Below are positions 1 to 12,727 of a stretch of DNA of 64,000 nt, one piece after another. Every line of letters starts with the position of its first letter. Position 1 is the stretch's first letter. A program made the position numbers and the translations under genes. The notes beneath the pieces were generated by a model that saw only the letters and a list, made by a program, of their open reading frames with translations, did not search any database and was not told where the DNA came from. Source of the DNA: an uncultured candidatus Porisulfidus sp. (lineage in GTDB: Bacteria; Pseudomonadota; Gammaproteobacteria; Poriferisulfidales; Poriferisulfidaceae); the NCBI GenBank assembly GCA_965204575.1, contig OZ241993.1, positions 864,001 through 928,000 on the forward strand. The letters run 5' to 3'.

Positions 1-1
1 G

Positions 2-2005
2 GCCGCCATCGGCGAGGCGCTGCGTATGGCCATGGACTACTTCACCTTGAAGGAGGAAGAGTTCCTTGATCGTTGGCTGCCGGGTCGAGACAGGGAGATC
101 GGGCGTCAGACGACGATCGGGTCGTGGCAGGCTATCGTCGAGAGCCTGAAGAACCCCGTGCAGCAGCGAATCGTGGCCGACGACCGGGAACAGACCAATG
201 TCCTGGTGCTGGCTGGCCCCGGCTCGGGCAAGACCCGGGTGCTGGTGCACCGGATCGCCTACTTGGTGCGCGCAAGACGGGAGAACCCCCGCGGCATCTT
301 GGCCCTGGCGTACAACCGCCATACGGCGGTTGACATCCGCCGCCGCCTCGCAGACCTGATCGGGGACGATGCCCGGGGCGTGACGGTACTCACCTGCCAT
401 GCCCTAGCGATGCGTCTGGCGGGAGCCAGCTTTACCGGAAGGGCGGCCCGCCCCGACGACAAAATATTCAAGGAAGTGATTCATCAGGCCGCGAAGCTGC
501 TGCGCGGCGAGGGGCTGCCCCCGGAGGAGGCGGACGAGCGCCGCGACCGCCTGTTGGCAGGCTTTCGATGGATTCTGGTGGACGAATACCAAGATATTGA
601 TTCCGATCAGTACGATCTGATCTCGGCCCTAGCCGGGCGCACGCTCGACGATGATTCCGGCAAGCTGACCCTGTTCGCGGTAGGGGACGACGACCAGAAC
701 ATCTACGCCTTCAAGGGTGCATCGGTGGCGTTCATTCGTCGGTTCGAGGAGGATTACGGGTCCAGTCCTGCCTATCTCACCGAAAACTATCGCTCGACCG
801 CCCACATTGTGGAGGCCGCCAATTCGGTCATTGGTCTGGCGCGGGAACGGATGAAGGCCGGGAACCCTATTCAGGTCAACCGTGCGCGCAGAAAAGATGC
901 ACCGGGAGGCGCATGGGAAGCATTGGACCCCGTTTCCCGGGGGCGGGTGCAGATCCTCCCGGTGAACCGCGATCCTGTTCATCAGGCCCGGGTCGTCATG
1001 GAGGAGTTTCGACGCCTCGCCGGGCAGGCACCGGATTGGGACTGGTCGCGTTGTGCCGTCATCGCCCGGGAGTGGGAATACTTGGTTCCGGTGCGCGCGT
1101 TCTGCAAGGCCTACCGGATTCCGGTGCAAATGGGTAACGAGGAAGTCCCGGATTTCTGGCGATTGCGCGAAACCCATGAGTTCGTCGAATGGTTGCGGGA
1201 CCGGGAATCCCGTTGCATTGACGGTGCCGGGCTGGGGGCATGGGCAGAAGCCCATCCGTCCGGTCGCTGGCATAACTTGCTGAGGCAGGCCATCGAGGAA
1301 CACGCGCTGGAGGTTGGAGATGGAGAGATTCCGGTGCCCCACTTCATCGAATGGCTGGCGGAATGGGGGCGGGATATCCGGCGGCGGCAGCGCGGGTTGC
1401 TCCTGTTAACCGGGCATGGTGCCAAGGGACTCGAATTCGACCATGTTGCCGTTCTGGATGGTGGTTGGGATCGCGCCAATCCTGATGAGGATCCGGATGC
1501 GCCGCGCCGGCTGTACTATGTGGCCATGACGCGCGCCCGCATGACCTTGGCCCTTGCAAAAAGAGATGGGTCCCGGCGATTGTGCAGCGAACTGTTGGAG
1601 CATCCATCAGTCGTGGTCCGCGAGCTGCCCGATTTCCCGCCGGGTCCCCCGGAACTTGAACATCGGCATATCCGGGTCGGCCTGAAAGACGTGGATCTGG
1701 GTTTTGCCGGGCGCCGGGGTGCCGCGCATTCAATCCACCGCACCATCTCCGCGCTGTCATCCGGCGATCCGCTGAAGACGCGCATTTCGAGCGATGGACG
1801 CTGGGAATTGCTGAATTTGGCGGACATGGTCATAGGACGCCTTGCGAAAAGTTTTATGCCACCGTCCGGAACACGGTGCCAGTCTGCTGTTGTTCGGGCC
1901 GTCGTCAGGCGGAGCCGAGAAGAGACGCCACCGGAGTACCGCGACCCTCTATGCGACGCTTGGGAGGTGGTTGTGCCAGAGTTGACATTTGAGCCAGATA
2001 TCTAG
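2..2005 (+). CDS. UvrD/REP (SF1A) DNA helicase, 5'-truncated by the window edge; probably the C-terminal half of a larger multidomain helicase
   Basis: Walker A LAGPGSGKT, Walker B LVDEYQD, VGDDDQNIYAF, ENYRS, HGAKGLEF and RRLYYVAMTRAR. The frame is open from base 2. Confidence 0.85.
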   Translation, partial: AAIGEALRMAMDYFTLKEEEFLDRWLPGRDREIGRQTTIGSWQAIVESLKNPVQQRIVADDREQTNVLVLAGPGSGKTRVLVHRIAYLVRARRENPRGILALAYNRHTAVDIRRRLADLIGDDARGVTVLTCHALAMRLAGASFTGRAARPDDKIFKEVIHQAAKLLRGEGLPPEEADERRDRLLAGFRWILVDEYQDIDSDQYDLISALAGRTLDDDSGKLTLFAVGDDDQNIYAFKGASVAFIRRFEEDYGSSPAYLTENYRSTAHIVEAANSVIGLARERMKAGNPIQVNRARRKDAPGGAWEALDPVSRGRVQILPVNRDPVHQARVVMEEFRRLAGQAPDWDWSRCAVIAREWEYLVPVRAFCKAYRIPVQMGNEEVPDFWRLRETHEFVEWLRDRESRCIDGAGLGAWAEAHPSGRWHNLLRQAIEEHALEVGDGEIPVPHFIEWLAEWGRDIRRRQRGLLLLTGHGAKGLEFDHVAVLDGGWDRANPDEDPDAPRRLYYVAMTRARMTLALAKRDGSRRLCSELLEHPSVVVRELPDFPPGPPELEHRHIRVGLKDVDLGFAGRRGAAHSIHRTISALSSGDPLKTRISSDGRWELLNLADMVIGRLAKSFMPPSGTRCQSAVVRAVVRRSREETPPEYRDPLCDAWEVVVPELTFEPDI

Positions 2006-2176
2006 CCGAAAATTCCTTGAAAACCAAGGCTTTTCTCGATTTTTATCCAACCGTGCTAAACTCATCTTGCCCAGTTCGAACGCCCTCTGAAAACGGACTT
2101 GACGAGGGTCTTTTGAATCAACTCAAGGTTGGAATAAATAAAGGCTGACTGACCTGCATGAAGAGGAAACTTGCGA

Positions 2177-2410
2177 ATGATGAACGTTAGCCTGGAATTG
2201 ATAGCAATCGTTGCCCTGTGGGTCACCACGATGGGCTTTCTTTGGAGCCTCCACCGCGACATGGGCAATCTGCGCAAGGATGTCAGCAAGGACATGGCCG
2301 GTCTGCGTCAGGAATTCGGCCGGGACACTGCCGACCTGCGGGAACGCATGGCCCGGATGGAAGGCCTGCTGGAAGGCTTCGTCGGGCGCCCGCAGGAATC
2401 ACAGCCCTAA
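2177..2410 (+). CDS. Small membrane-anchored coiled-coil protein (one N-terminal TM helix plus three 11-aa repeats)
   Basis: GAGGA at 2163-2167 before ATG 2177; hydrophobic LIAIVALWVTTMGFLW; repeats DMGNLRKDVSK / DMAGLRQEFGR / DTADLRERMAR. Confidence 0.7.
   Translation: MMNVSLELIAIVALWVTTMGFLWSLHRDMGNLRKDVSKDMAGLRQEFGRDTADLRERMARMEGLLEGFVGRPQESQP
2258..2356 (+). repeat. Three degenerate 33-bp coding repeats
   Basis: Units begin gacatgggcaatctgcgc, gacatggccggtctgcgt and gacactgccgacctgcgg at 33-bp spacing. Confidence 0.7.
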
Positions 2411-2495
2411 GGAACGATGCCGCGCATTGGCGCGGTCGAGCAGATCGGCGGGACGAAATTCTCCCCGCCGGGACCCGACAGCGCCTGTAATATAC

Positions 2496-2521
2496 TTGAC
2501 AGGCTAGACACTTGTTATGCC
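2496..2521 (+). promoter_or_regulatory. Possible sigma70 promoter of gltB
   Basis: Perfect TTGACA at 2496-2501 in an AT-rich patch; the -10 is poor (TGtTATGCC) and the spacing is non-ideal. Confidence 0.3.
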
Positions 2522-2536
2522 TATGGGAATGACATC

Positions 2537-6997
<4,461 letters not shown>

Positions 6998-7027
6998 GTT
7001 CAGGTCCGGCCCCGTTATCGTTCCGTT

Positions 7028-8794
7028 ATGGCCGGGCGCATCCCCCCCGAATTCATCCAGCAACTGCTGGCGCGGGTCGATCTGGCCGACCTGATCGGTC
7101 GCTACGTCCCGCTCAAGAAAGCCGGGGCGGAGTTCAAGGCCTGCTGTCCGTTCCACAACGAAAAAACACCCTCGTTTACGGTCAGCCCGCGCAAGGGTTT
7201 CTACTATTGCTTCGGCTGTGGTGCGCACGGCACCGCGATAACATTCCTGATGGACTATAACCGGTATTCGTTTCCCGACGCGGTCGAGGAACTGGCCAAG
7301 CAGGCGGGGTTGGAGGTTCCGCATGTCGGTGGAAGTGCCGCGCCGCGTCAGGAACTCGATCCGTTGTACGAATGCATGGAAGCGGCATGCGGGTTCTATC
7401 AGAAAGAGCTGACCCGCTCCAAGCCGGCGCAGGCATATGCGCAGCAGCGCGGTCTTTCGGACAAGATTCGCGAGGAATACCGGATCGGCTATGCGCCGCC
7501 GGGTTTCGAGAACCTCGAGTCGAAATTGTCGGCACGGTTCTCCAAGGAATTGCTGCTGAAGGTGGGCCTGTTGTCGGAAAAGGAAAACCGGGTCTATGAC
7601 AAGTTCCGAAACCGCCTGATGTTCCCGATCCGGGATTCGCGCGGTCGGGTGCTCGGATTCGGCGGGCGGGTCATCGATCCCGAGGATAAGCCCAAGTACA
7701 TGAACTCGCCGGAGACTCCGCTGTTTCACAAGGGCCGCGTCCTGTACGGCGTGCACGAGTTGCAGCAACGCCGCGGGAAGACCCAATACCTGATCCTGAC
7801 GGAGGGGTACATGGACGTGGTCAGCTTGGCGCAGGCCGGGGTCAGGAACGTCCTCGCGACTTTAGGCACGGCCACGACCGAGGATCACATCCGGCAGATG
7901 GGGCGTTTCTGCCGGACGTTCGTGTTCTGCTTCGACGGGGACCCGGCGGGTCGGGCGGCGGGGTGGCGCGCCCTTGAGAACCTGTTGCCGGTTCTGCGTG
8001 AAGGCGACGAGGTTCGCTTTGCTCATTTTCCGGAAGGCGAGGACCCGGACAGTTACATTCGCGCCCATGGCACGCCCGGTTGGAAAGAATTCATCCGGGG
8101 GGCCGAGCCGCTGGAGGACTATTTCTTCGCACACTTGGAGCAGGGTTTGAACCTAGATTCGGCATCCGGAAAATCGGCGTTGGTCGCGAAGACGAGGCCG
8201 TTGCTCGAGAAAGTCGGCGCCCCGGTTTTCCGCGACCTGATGACTCGAAAGCTATGCGATATGACTGGATTGAGGGAAGATCAGTTGCGTCTGGAACCGG
8301 CGGGTTCAGGCCGGACGGAAGCCCAGCGTTCCAAGCCAACTCCGTCGGGGCGGCCGACCACGATCCGGAAAATGATTCGGCTGCTGCTGGAGTATCCCGG
8401 GCTGGCTCGCCTGGTTTCGTCGCCGGAAGACCTGAAGGCCATTCCGGAGCCTGGGTTCCGCCTGTTCGCTGCGGTTGTGGAACTAGCGAAAAAGAATCCC
8501 GAGATCACTCCCCCTGGAATCATCGAGTCATTTCACGGCCAAGATGCAGAAAAACATTTAAGCAGTTTGATGAGTTGGAGACCCATAGAGTTGTCTGGGG
8601 TTCAAGAGGAGGAGGGTGTTCGAGAAGCCTTTATGGAAGGAATGCGCCGATTCAGAGAGAAACTGGTCAAGCAGCAGATCAGCCAGCTACATATCCGGCA
8701 AGTTGAACAAGGAGCCCTGAGTGATGTGGAACAAAAAGAATTGGCGAACTTGCGCAAGGAACGCGCCGAACTCGCGCGGGCTCCGGGCGGATAG
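7028..8794 (+). CDS. dnaG: DNA primase
   Basis: CHC2 zinc finger CPFH...CFGC, FRNRLMFPI, KYMNSPET, TOPRIM motifs EGYMDV and FDGDPAG, EDPD. Confidence 0.97.
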   Translation: MAGRIPPEFIQQLLARVDLADLIGRYVPLKKAGAEFKACCPFHNEKTPSFTVSPRKGFYYCFGCGAHGTAITFLMDYNRYSFPDAVEELAKQAGLEVPHVGGSAAPRQELDPLYECMEAACGFYQKELTRSKPAQAYAQQRGLSDKIREEYRIGYAPPGFENLESKLSARFSKELLLKVGLLSEKENRVYDKFRNRLMFPIRDSRGRVLGFGGRVIDPEDKPKYMNSPETPLFHKGRVLYGVHELQQRRGKTQYLILTEGYMDVVSLAQAGVRNVLATLGTATTEDHIRQMGRFCRTFVFCFDGDPAGRAAGWRALENLLPVLREGDEVRFAHFPEGEDPDSYIRAHGTPGWKEFIRGAEPLEDYFFAHLEQGLNLDSASGKSALVAKTRPLLEKVGAPVFRDLMTRKLCDMTGLREDQLRLEPAGSGRTEAQRSKPTPSGRPTTIRKMIRLLLEYPGLARLVSSPEDLKAIPEPGFRLFAAVVELAKKNPEITPPGIIESFHGQDAEKHLSSLMSWRPIELSGVQEEEGVREAFMEGMRRFREKLVKQQISQLHIRQVEQGALSDVEQKELANLRKERAELARAPGG

Positions 8795-8797
8795 CTT

Positions 8798-9763
8798 TCA
8801 GAACCGGCGTTTGAACCCGACCGTGATCGCCCAGTACTCGATATTGTCCATCTCGACCTGGTCCACGAAGGGCGTGACTCCATCCACGTACACCGGTGCG
8901 TGACTGCGGATTTGGTCGTAGGGCATCTCGTCCCGGAACTCGTCGAATTGCGCCCAGCGTGCCTTGATGCCGACGGAGGTCCGGTCGGTCAGGGCGTAGT
9001 CGATTCCGGCCAGCAACTGGAACCCGAACAGCGTGTCGGACAGTTCGATGTCCATGGAACTTAACGTGCCCGCTGCACTGGTCCGCCATTCGAGCCACGA
9101 GTCGTCATCCCAACCGTATTCGCGTTGGGTCGCCGGGACATCCGGGGCCACGTTCAGGTAACCCTCGTCCACGGTCTTGCGCAGGAGCCGGCGTTGGTAC
9201 TGCATCCGCACCCGTGCCCATCCGGCACCGATGCCCACGTAGGGGGTCCACCGGGATTCCGTGGCAAAGTCGTAGAGCACGTTGGCGAAATACTGTCGGA
9301 TGCGAAAGTCCGAAATCCATTCATAAGGCGGCGCAGTCTCGCTCCATTCGCGATCCTTGCTGGCTAGGCCCGGGTGCGTTGAGGCGGTAATGATGGGGTG
9401 GCTGGCCGAACCGGGCTTGACATGCATGAACTCCAGTTCGAAGCGGAACTGGTCGCGAATATAACCGGCGTGAAGGCCGGCGGCCAGGCCGCTGCCCGCG
9501 TCGAACCGCGAGTTCCATTTATCTCCGCGGCTGACATTGCTGCAGGCAGGATCGTTGCCGATTGCCCCGGACGGACGGGTCGCGTCGCGGTACATCAGGA
9601 CATCGCAGCGCGTCGGATTGCTCTGCCCGGAGACCGTGGAGTCCAGCGCGCGGGAGTCGGCTAGGCCGATGTCTGCGCCGACGTAGAAGTCGGCATGCGC
9701 GGCAGCCAGGAGGGTCATGCCGAGCGTTAAAAAACAAAGACGAAAGAGACTCAAATGCGACAT
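8798..9763 (-). CDS. Outer-membrane beta-barrel protein (OmpA-TM/opacity-like) with large loops
   Basis: Signal peptide ending AAHA, FYVGADIG, RFELEF, TPYVGIGAG, FGFQLLAGIDY and C-terminal Phe. Confidence 0.8.
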   Translation of the reverse strand: MSHLSLFRLCFLTLGMTLLAAAHADFYVGADIGLADSRALDSTVSGQSNPTRCDVLMYRDATRPSGAIGNDPACSNVSRGDKWNSRFDAGSGLAAGLHAGYIRDQFRFELEFMHVKPGSASHPIITASTHPGLASKDREWSETAPPYEWISDFRIRQYFANVLYDFATESRWTPYVGIGAGWARVRMQYQRRLLRKTVDEGYLNVAPDVPATQREYGWDDDSWLEWRTSAAGTLSSMDIELSDTLFGFQLLAGIDYALTDRTSVGIKARWAQFDEFRDEMPYDQIRSHAPVYVDGVTPFVDQVEMDNIEYWAITVGFKRRF

Positions 9764-9796
9764 TTTCGGCAAATTGTTCGACGGCGACAGACTGCC

Positions 9797-9802
9797 ATTA
9801 TA
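9797..9802 (-). promoter_or_regulatory. -10 element upstream of the OMP gene
   Basis: TATAAT on the minus strand about 33 nt upstream of ATG 9763. Confidence 0.4.
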
Positions 9803-9924
9803 CGGCAAAATGACTGTTTCCCGGCATTAAAAACCCTTATAAAACATTGACCTAGGAAACGCGAGGAATGCGGTAGAATAAGTTTCCAGTTTCCCCAATA
9901 ACAAACATAATAGGGGTTGATCGT

Positions 9925-11835
9925 ATGGAGGGTGTCCTCGAAATTAGAGACGGGTGCAATACTCCGGAGCAACTGCTCCGGAGTCTCGCGTTTGCCCGCT
10001 ACCTGAAGATATACAAGGAAGAGTTCGTCACGGACCTGATGAGCCGCGAAAAGAATCGCGGTGAAGCCCAGCACAAGGCGGAGATGATCCGCAAGATCAC
10101 GTTGCGGGATATCACGAAGATTCTGGACGCCAACCATTTTTCTCCCGACGAGCTGGAACACGCGCGCTCGGTCGTCAAGTTCCTGGACGGTGGCTTCCAC
10201 CACTTCCGCAACGCGAGTTATTCGCGCCTGGTGCGCCTGCAGAACGAGGTGGTCAGTTCCGGTACGGAAAGCCAGAGCACGATCAAGGACAAGGTTACGG
10301 AAAAGGCCGCCCAGCTGAACGACCTGATTCTGGAGACGCGCCGTCGGCTGCTGTCGCAAGTCGGGTTGGGCTACGGGGTCCGTCGTACGCCGGGCATGGA
10401 CGCCTCGCCGAACGTGACGGCCGGCGAGATCTCCGGGCACTACTGCAACATTCCCGCTGGTTACAGCATCCTGTGCCATGTGCCCCTGACCATGGCGGCG
10501 GACATCCGCACGGGGGTGGATTACCGCACGCCGGCCAACCGGCGCGCTTACCCGTTCTTCCAGTTGGATCACAATCCGCTGCACCTCGAGCATTTCAACC
10601 CGGAAGAGTGGGTGTCGGTCCCGTTGCGGGTCGGACGCTGGCTGATCATCGCGTATATCCACAAGTCGCGCGGCTGCATCGAGATGGAGCCGGGCCTGCT
10701 GAACCTGTTCCCGTTCGCCGATGTCGAGCAGACTTTCCCGGCGATGCGCCCTGACGGGCTGTACTTCTTTGGGGACCCGAACGGGGTATTCGGCGAGGAT
10801 CTCGGCTACTACTGGGACGAGGACAACCAGCTGCTGATCGGCATGGTTCCGCAGCACGACGAATACAAGTACTTCGGTTATTGCAAGAAACCCATCCTGA
10901 CCCTGCACAACGTGCTCTCCATCCGTTGCGGCGATGTTCCGCTGCATTGCGGCTGCACCCGCTATCTCGTGGGTTTCGAGGGCGGCGAGCCGTACATTTC
11001 GGAAATGTTGATCAAGGCGGACGACATGGGCCGGGTCGTGCTGGAGCGCGCCAACGGCGCGGCGTTCCGCCGCCCGATCTTTTACGGCACCGAAATCGGC
11101 GCCTTTGCTTGCCTGGACGGCTTCAGCGAGCAGGCGAAGCTGGCCATGGAGGGCCGGGAGGTCGGCTACAACAACCACATGGGCTCGAACGCGCGGCAGG
11201 TCGTGCCGGTGGCCGAGGAATCCGAGGTGGCGCTGGGCAGCAACCTGGACGTGCTGCTGTACCTGAACAACTTCGACATCAAGGAAGAAGGCGAGTCCTG
11301 CATTGATACGGACATTCCGATTTCCGATGCAATCGAACATTTCCGCAAGGGCGAACGGGTCGCCGCGGGCAGTACCCAGACGCATCGGGGCAAGAAGGAA
11401 TCCAGCTACTGGGCCAACCCGTTCCCGGCCCTGATGAGCAACGACGGCGACGTGCTGCACCCCGACCTGTACGAGCAGTTCAGCGAGACCGAGGCTTCCT
11501 TCATGAAGGACGTCGAGGCGTTGGTGGAGCGCAAGGAAATGTATCTTGGCGTGGCCTACAGCCAGCTGATGGCGGGGGTGTACGAGGGCGTCGAAGACGA
11601 TGACGTCACGCGTTGCGGCTTCGCCAACCGGGAGGAGATCGAGCAGGTCGCGCCGGAGCGCCTGGCGCTCGAACTGATTCAGATGGTCAAGCAGATCGCG
11701 GTGAAGAAGCGCGAGCGGCTGGGCGGCGACGCCAAGGAAGTCGACGTGACGGTGGCGCTGGTCGGCGACAGCCGCACCGGCAAGTCGGAGACCGGAGAGA
11801 AACTGGAAGCCGTCCTCGGGCTGACGCTGGTCTGA
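9925..11835 (+). CDS. PEP-carboxykinase-like protein with a C-terminally displaced P-loop
   Basis: Motifs FGYCKK, LHCG, ADDMG, GTEIGAF, SNAR and WANPF follow ATP-PEPCK motif order; Walker A GDSRTGKS occurs only at the C-terminus. AGGGG precedes the start and codon usage is host-like. Confidence 0.7.
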   Translation: MEGVLEIRDGCNTPEQLLRSLAFARYLKIYKEEFVTDLMSREKNRGEAQHKAEMIRKITLRDITKILDANHFSPDELEHARSVVKFLDGGFHHFRNASYSRLVRLQNEVVSSGTESQSTIKDKVTEKAAQLNDLILETRRRLLSQVGLGYGVRRTPGMDASPNVTAGEISGHYCNIPAGYSILCHVPLTMAADIRTGVDYRTPANRRAYPFFQLDHNPLHLEHFNPEEWVSVPLRVGRWLIIAYIHKSRGCIEMEPGLLNLFPFADVEQTFPAMRPDGLYFFGDPNGVFGEDLGYYWDEDNQLLIGMVPQHDEYKYFGYCKKPILTLHNVLSIRCGDVPLHCGCTRYLVGFEGGEPYISEMLIKADDMGRVVLERANGAAFRRPIFYGTEIGAFACLDGFSEQAKLAMEGREVGYNNHMGSNARQVVPVAEESEVALGSNLDVLLYLNNFDIKEEGESCIDTDIPISDAIEHFRKGERVAAGSTQTHRGKKESSYWANPFPALMSNDGDVLHPDLYEQFSETEASFMKDVEALVERKEMYLGVAYSQLMAGVYEGVEDDDVTRCGFANREEIEQVAPERLALELIQMVKQIAVKKRERLGGDAKEVDVTVALVGDSRTGKSETGEKLEAVLGLTLV

Positions 11836-11909
11836 GAACTGACACAAGGACTCTAACCTTAGCCCATGGGGAATTTCAACTGCGGGAGTCCCCGCCGCCG
11901 GAGTCTGGA

Positions 11910-12305
11910 CTAGGCTTCAGCTTTCCTCGCCAGCGACTGGACGGTTTCCAGCAACGCCCCCGCGAGGGCGAGGGCCGGCTCCCGGTCGAGAGGCTCCACA
12001 TCGGGGTCGACCGGTTGATAACGGAGTTCGCCCGCGTAATCGGTATAGTCCACAAGACCCGAAAACTGCTCCACTTCTTCGCCCCGTGCCGCCAGTTTCT
12101 TCAACAGTGCCCCCAGGTCGTGGGTGAACGGATAAGTCTGGCCGGAAAGGCAAATCCAGGCCTTCAGGCATTTCTCGGCCACCTGCTGCACGACCGAGCC
12201 GAACATCCTGTCGACGAAGATGGAAGGGTCTTCCCGGGCGCGGAGTATGGCCATGTCCTCTTCCGCCACCTGCAGGAGATGGCGGGCCTGCTTAAGGTCG
12301 CTCAT
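11910..12305 (-). CDS. HEPN domain protein of an MNT-HEPN toxin-antitoxin pair
   Basis: QQVAEKCLKA, YPFTHDL and LRY motifs; overlaps the upstream MNT gene. Confidence 0.85.
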   Translation of the reverse strand: MSDLKQARHLLQVAEEDMAILRAREDPSIFVDRMFGSVVQQVAEKCLKAWICLSGQTYPFTHDLGALLKKLAARGEEVEQFSGLVDYTDYAGELRYQPVDPDVEPLDREPALALAGALLETVQSLARKAEA

Positions 12306-12627
12306 AGAGCACCTTGCCTTCCCGCAGGGCACGGGCAAGAACATTGTTCAGGGAGTCGCGCCAGTATTCGACATCCTCAAGGCTGAACACCAGGATGTCC
12401 TTGGGGACGTCGAAGTCTTCTACCGCCTTGCGCACCCGGATGGTCTCGGAACGCTTACACCGGCCCTTGCCGAACGGCTCGGTCTCGATGACGATCAGGT
12501 CCACGTCCGAATCCTCCCTCGCGTCGCCGCGCGCATGCGATCCGAACAGGATGATCTGCTCCGGGTCCACCTCGTCCACGATGGCCTGGGCCATCTGCTG
12601 GAGAAATTCCTTGTTCACCTGGCTCAT
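12292..12627 (-). CDS. Minimal nucleotidyltransferase (MNT) antitoxin
   Basis: LFGSHARGDAREDSDVDL (GSx10DxD) and C-terminal EGKVLYER. Confidence 0.9.
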   Translation of the reverse strand: MSQVNKEFLQQMAQAIVDEVDPEQIILFGSHARGDAREDSDVDLIVIETEPFGKGRCKRSETIRVRKAVEDFDVPKDILVFSLEDVEYWRDSLNNVLARALREGKVLYERP

Positions 12628-12727
12628 GCGGTCCGCTCCCATCCGTTTTCCCGACTGATTTTACCGCCATGCGCGGCTATTGCACGGCCGGCCGGGCCTC
12701 CGGGCCGACATTCTGGCTGGAAACGGT

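Noticed and set aside
9847-9879. TTGACC...TAGAAT as a complete sigma70 promoter for the PEPCK-like gene
   Set aside because: The spacer is 21 nt, too long for the two elements to pair; only the -10 is plausible.
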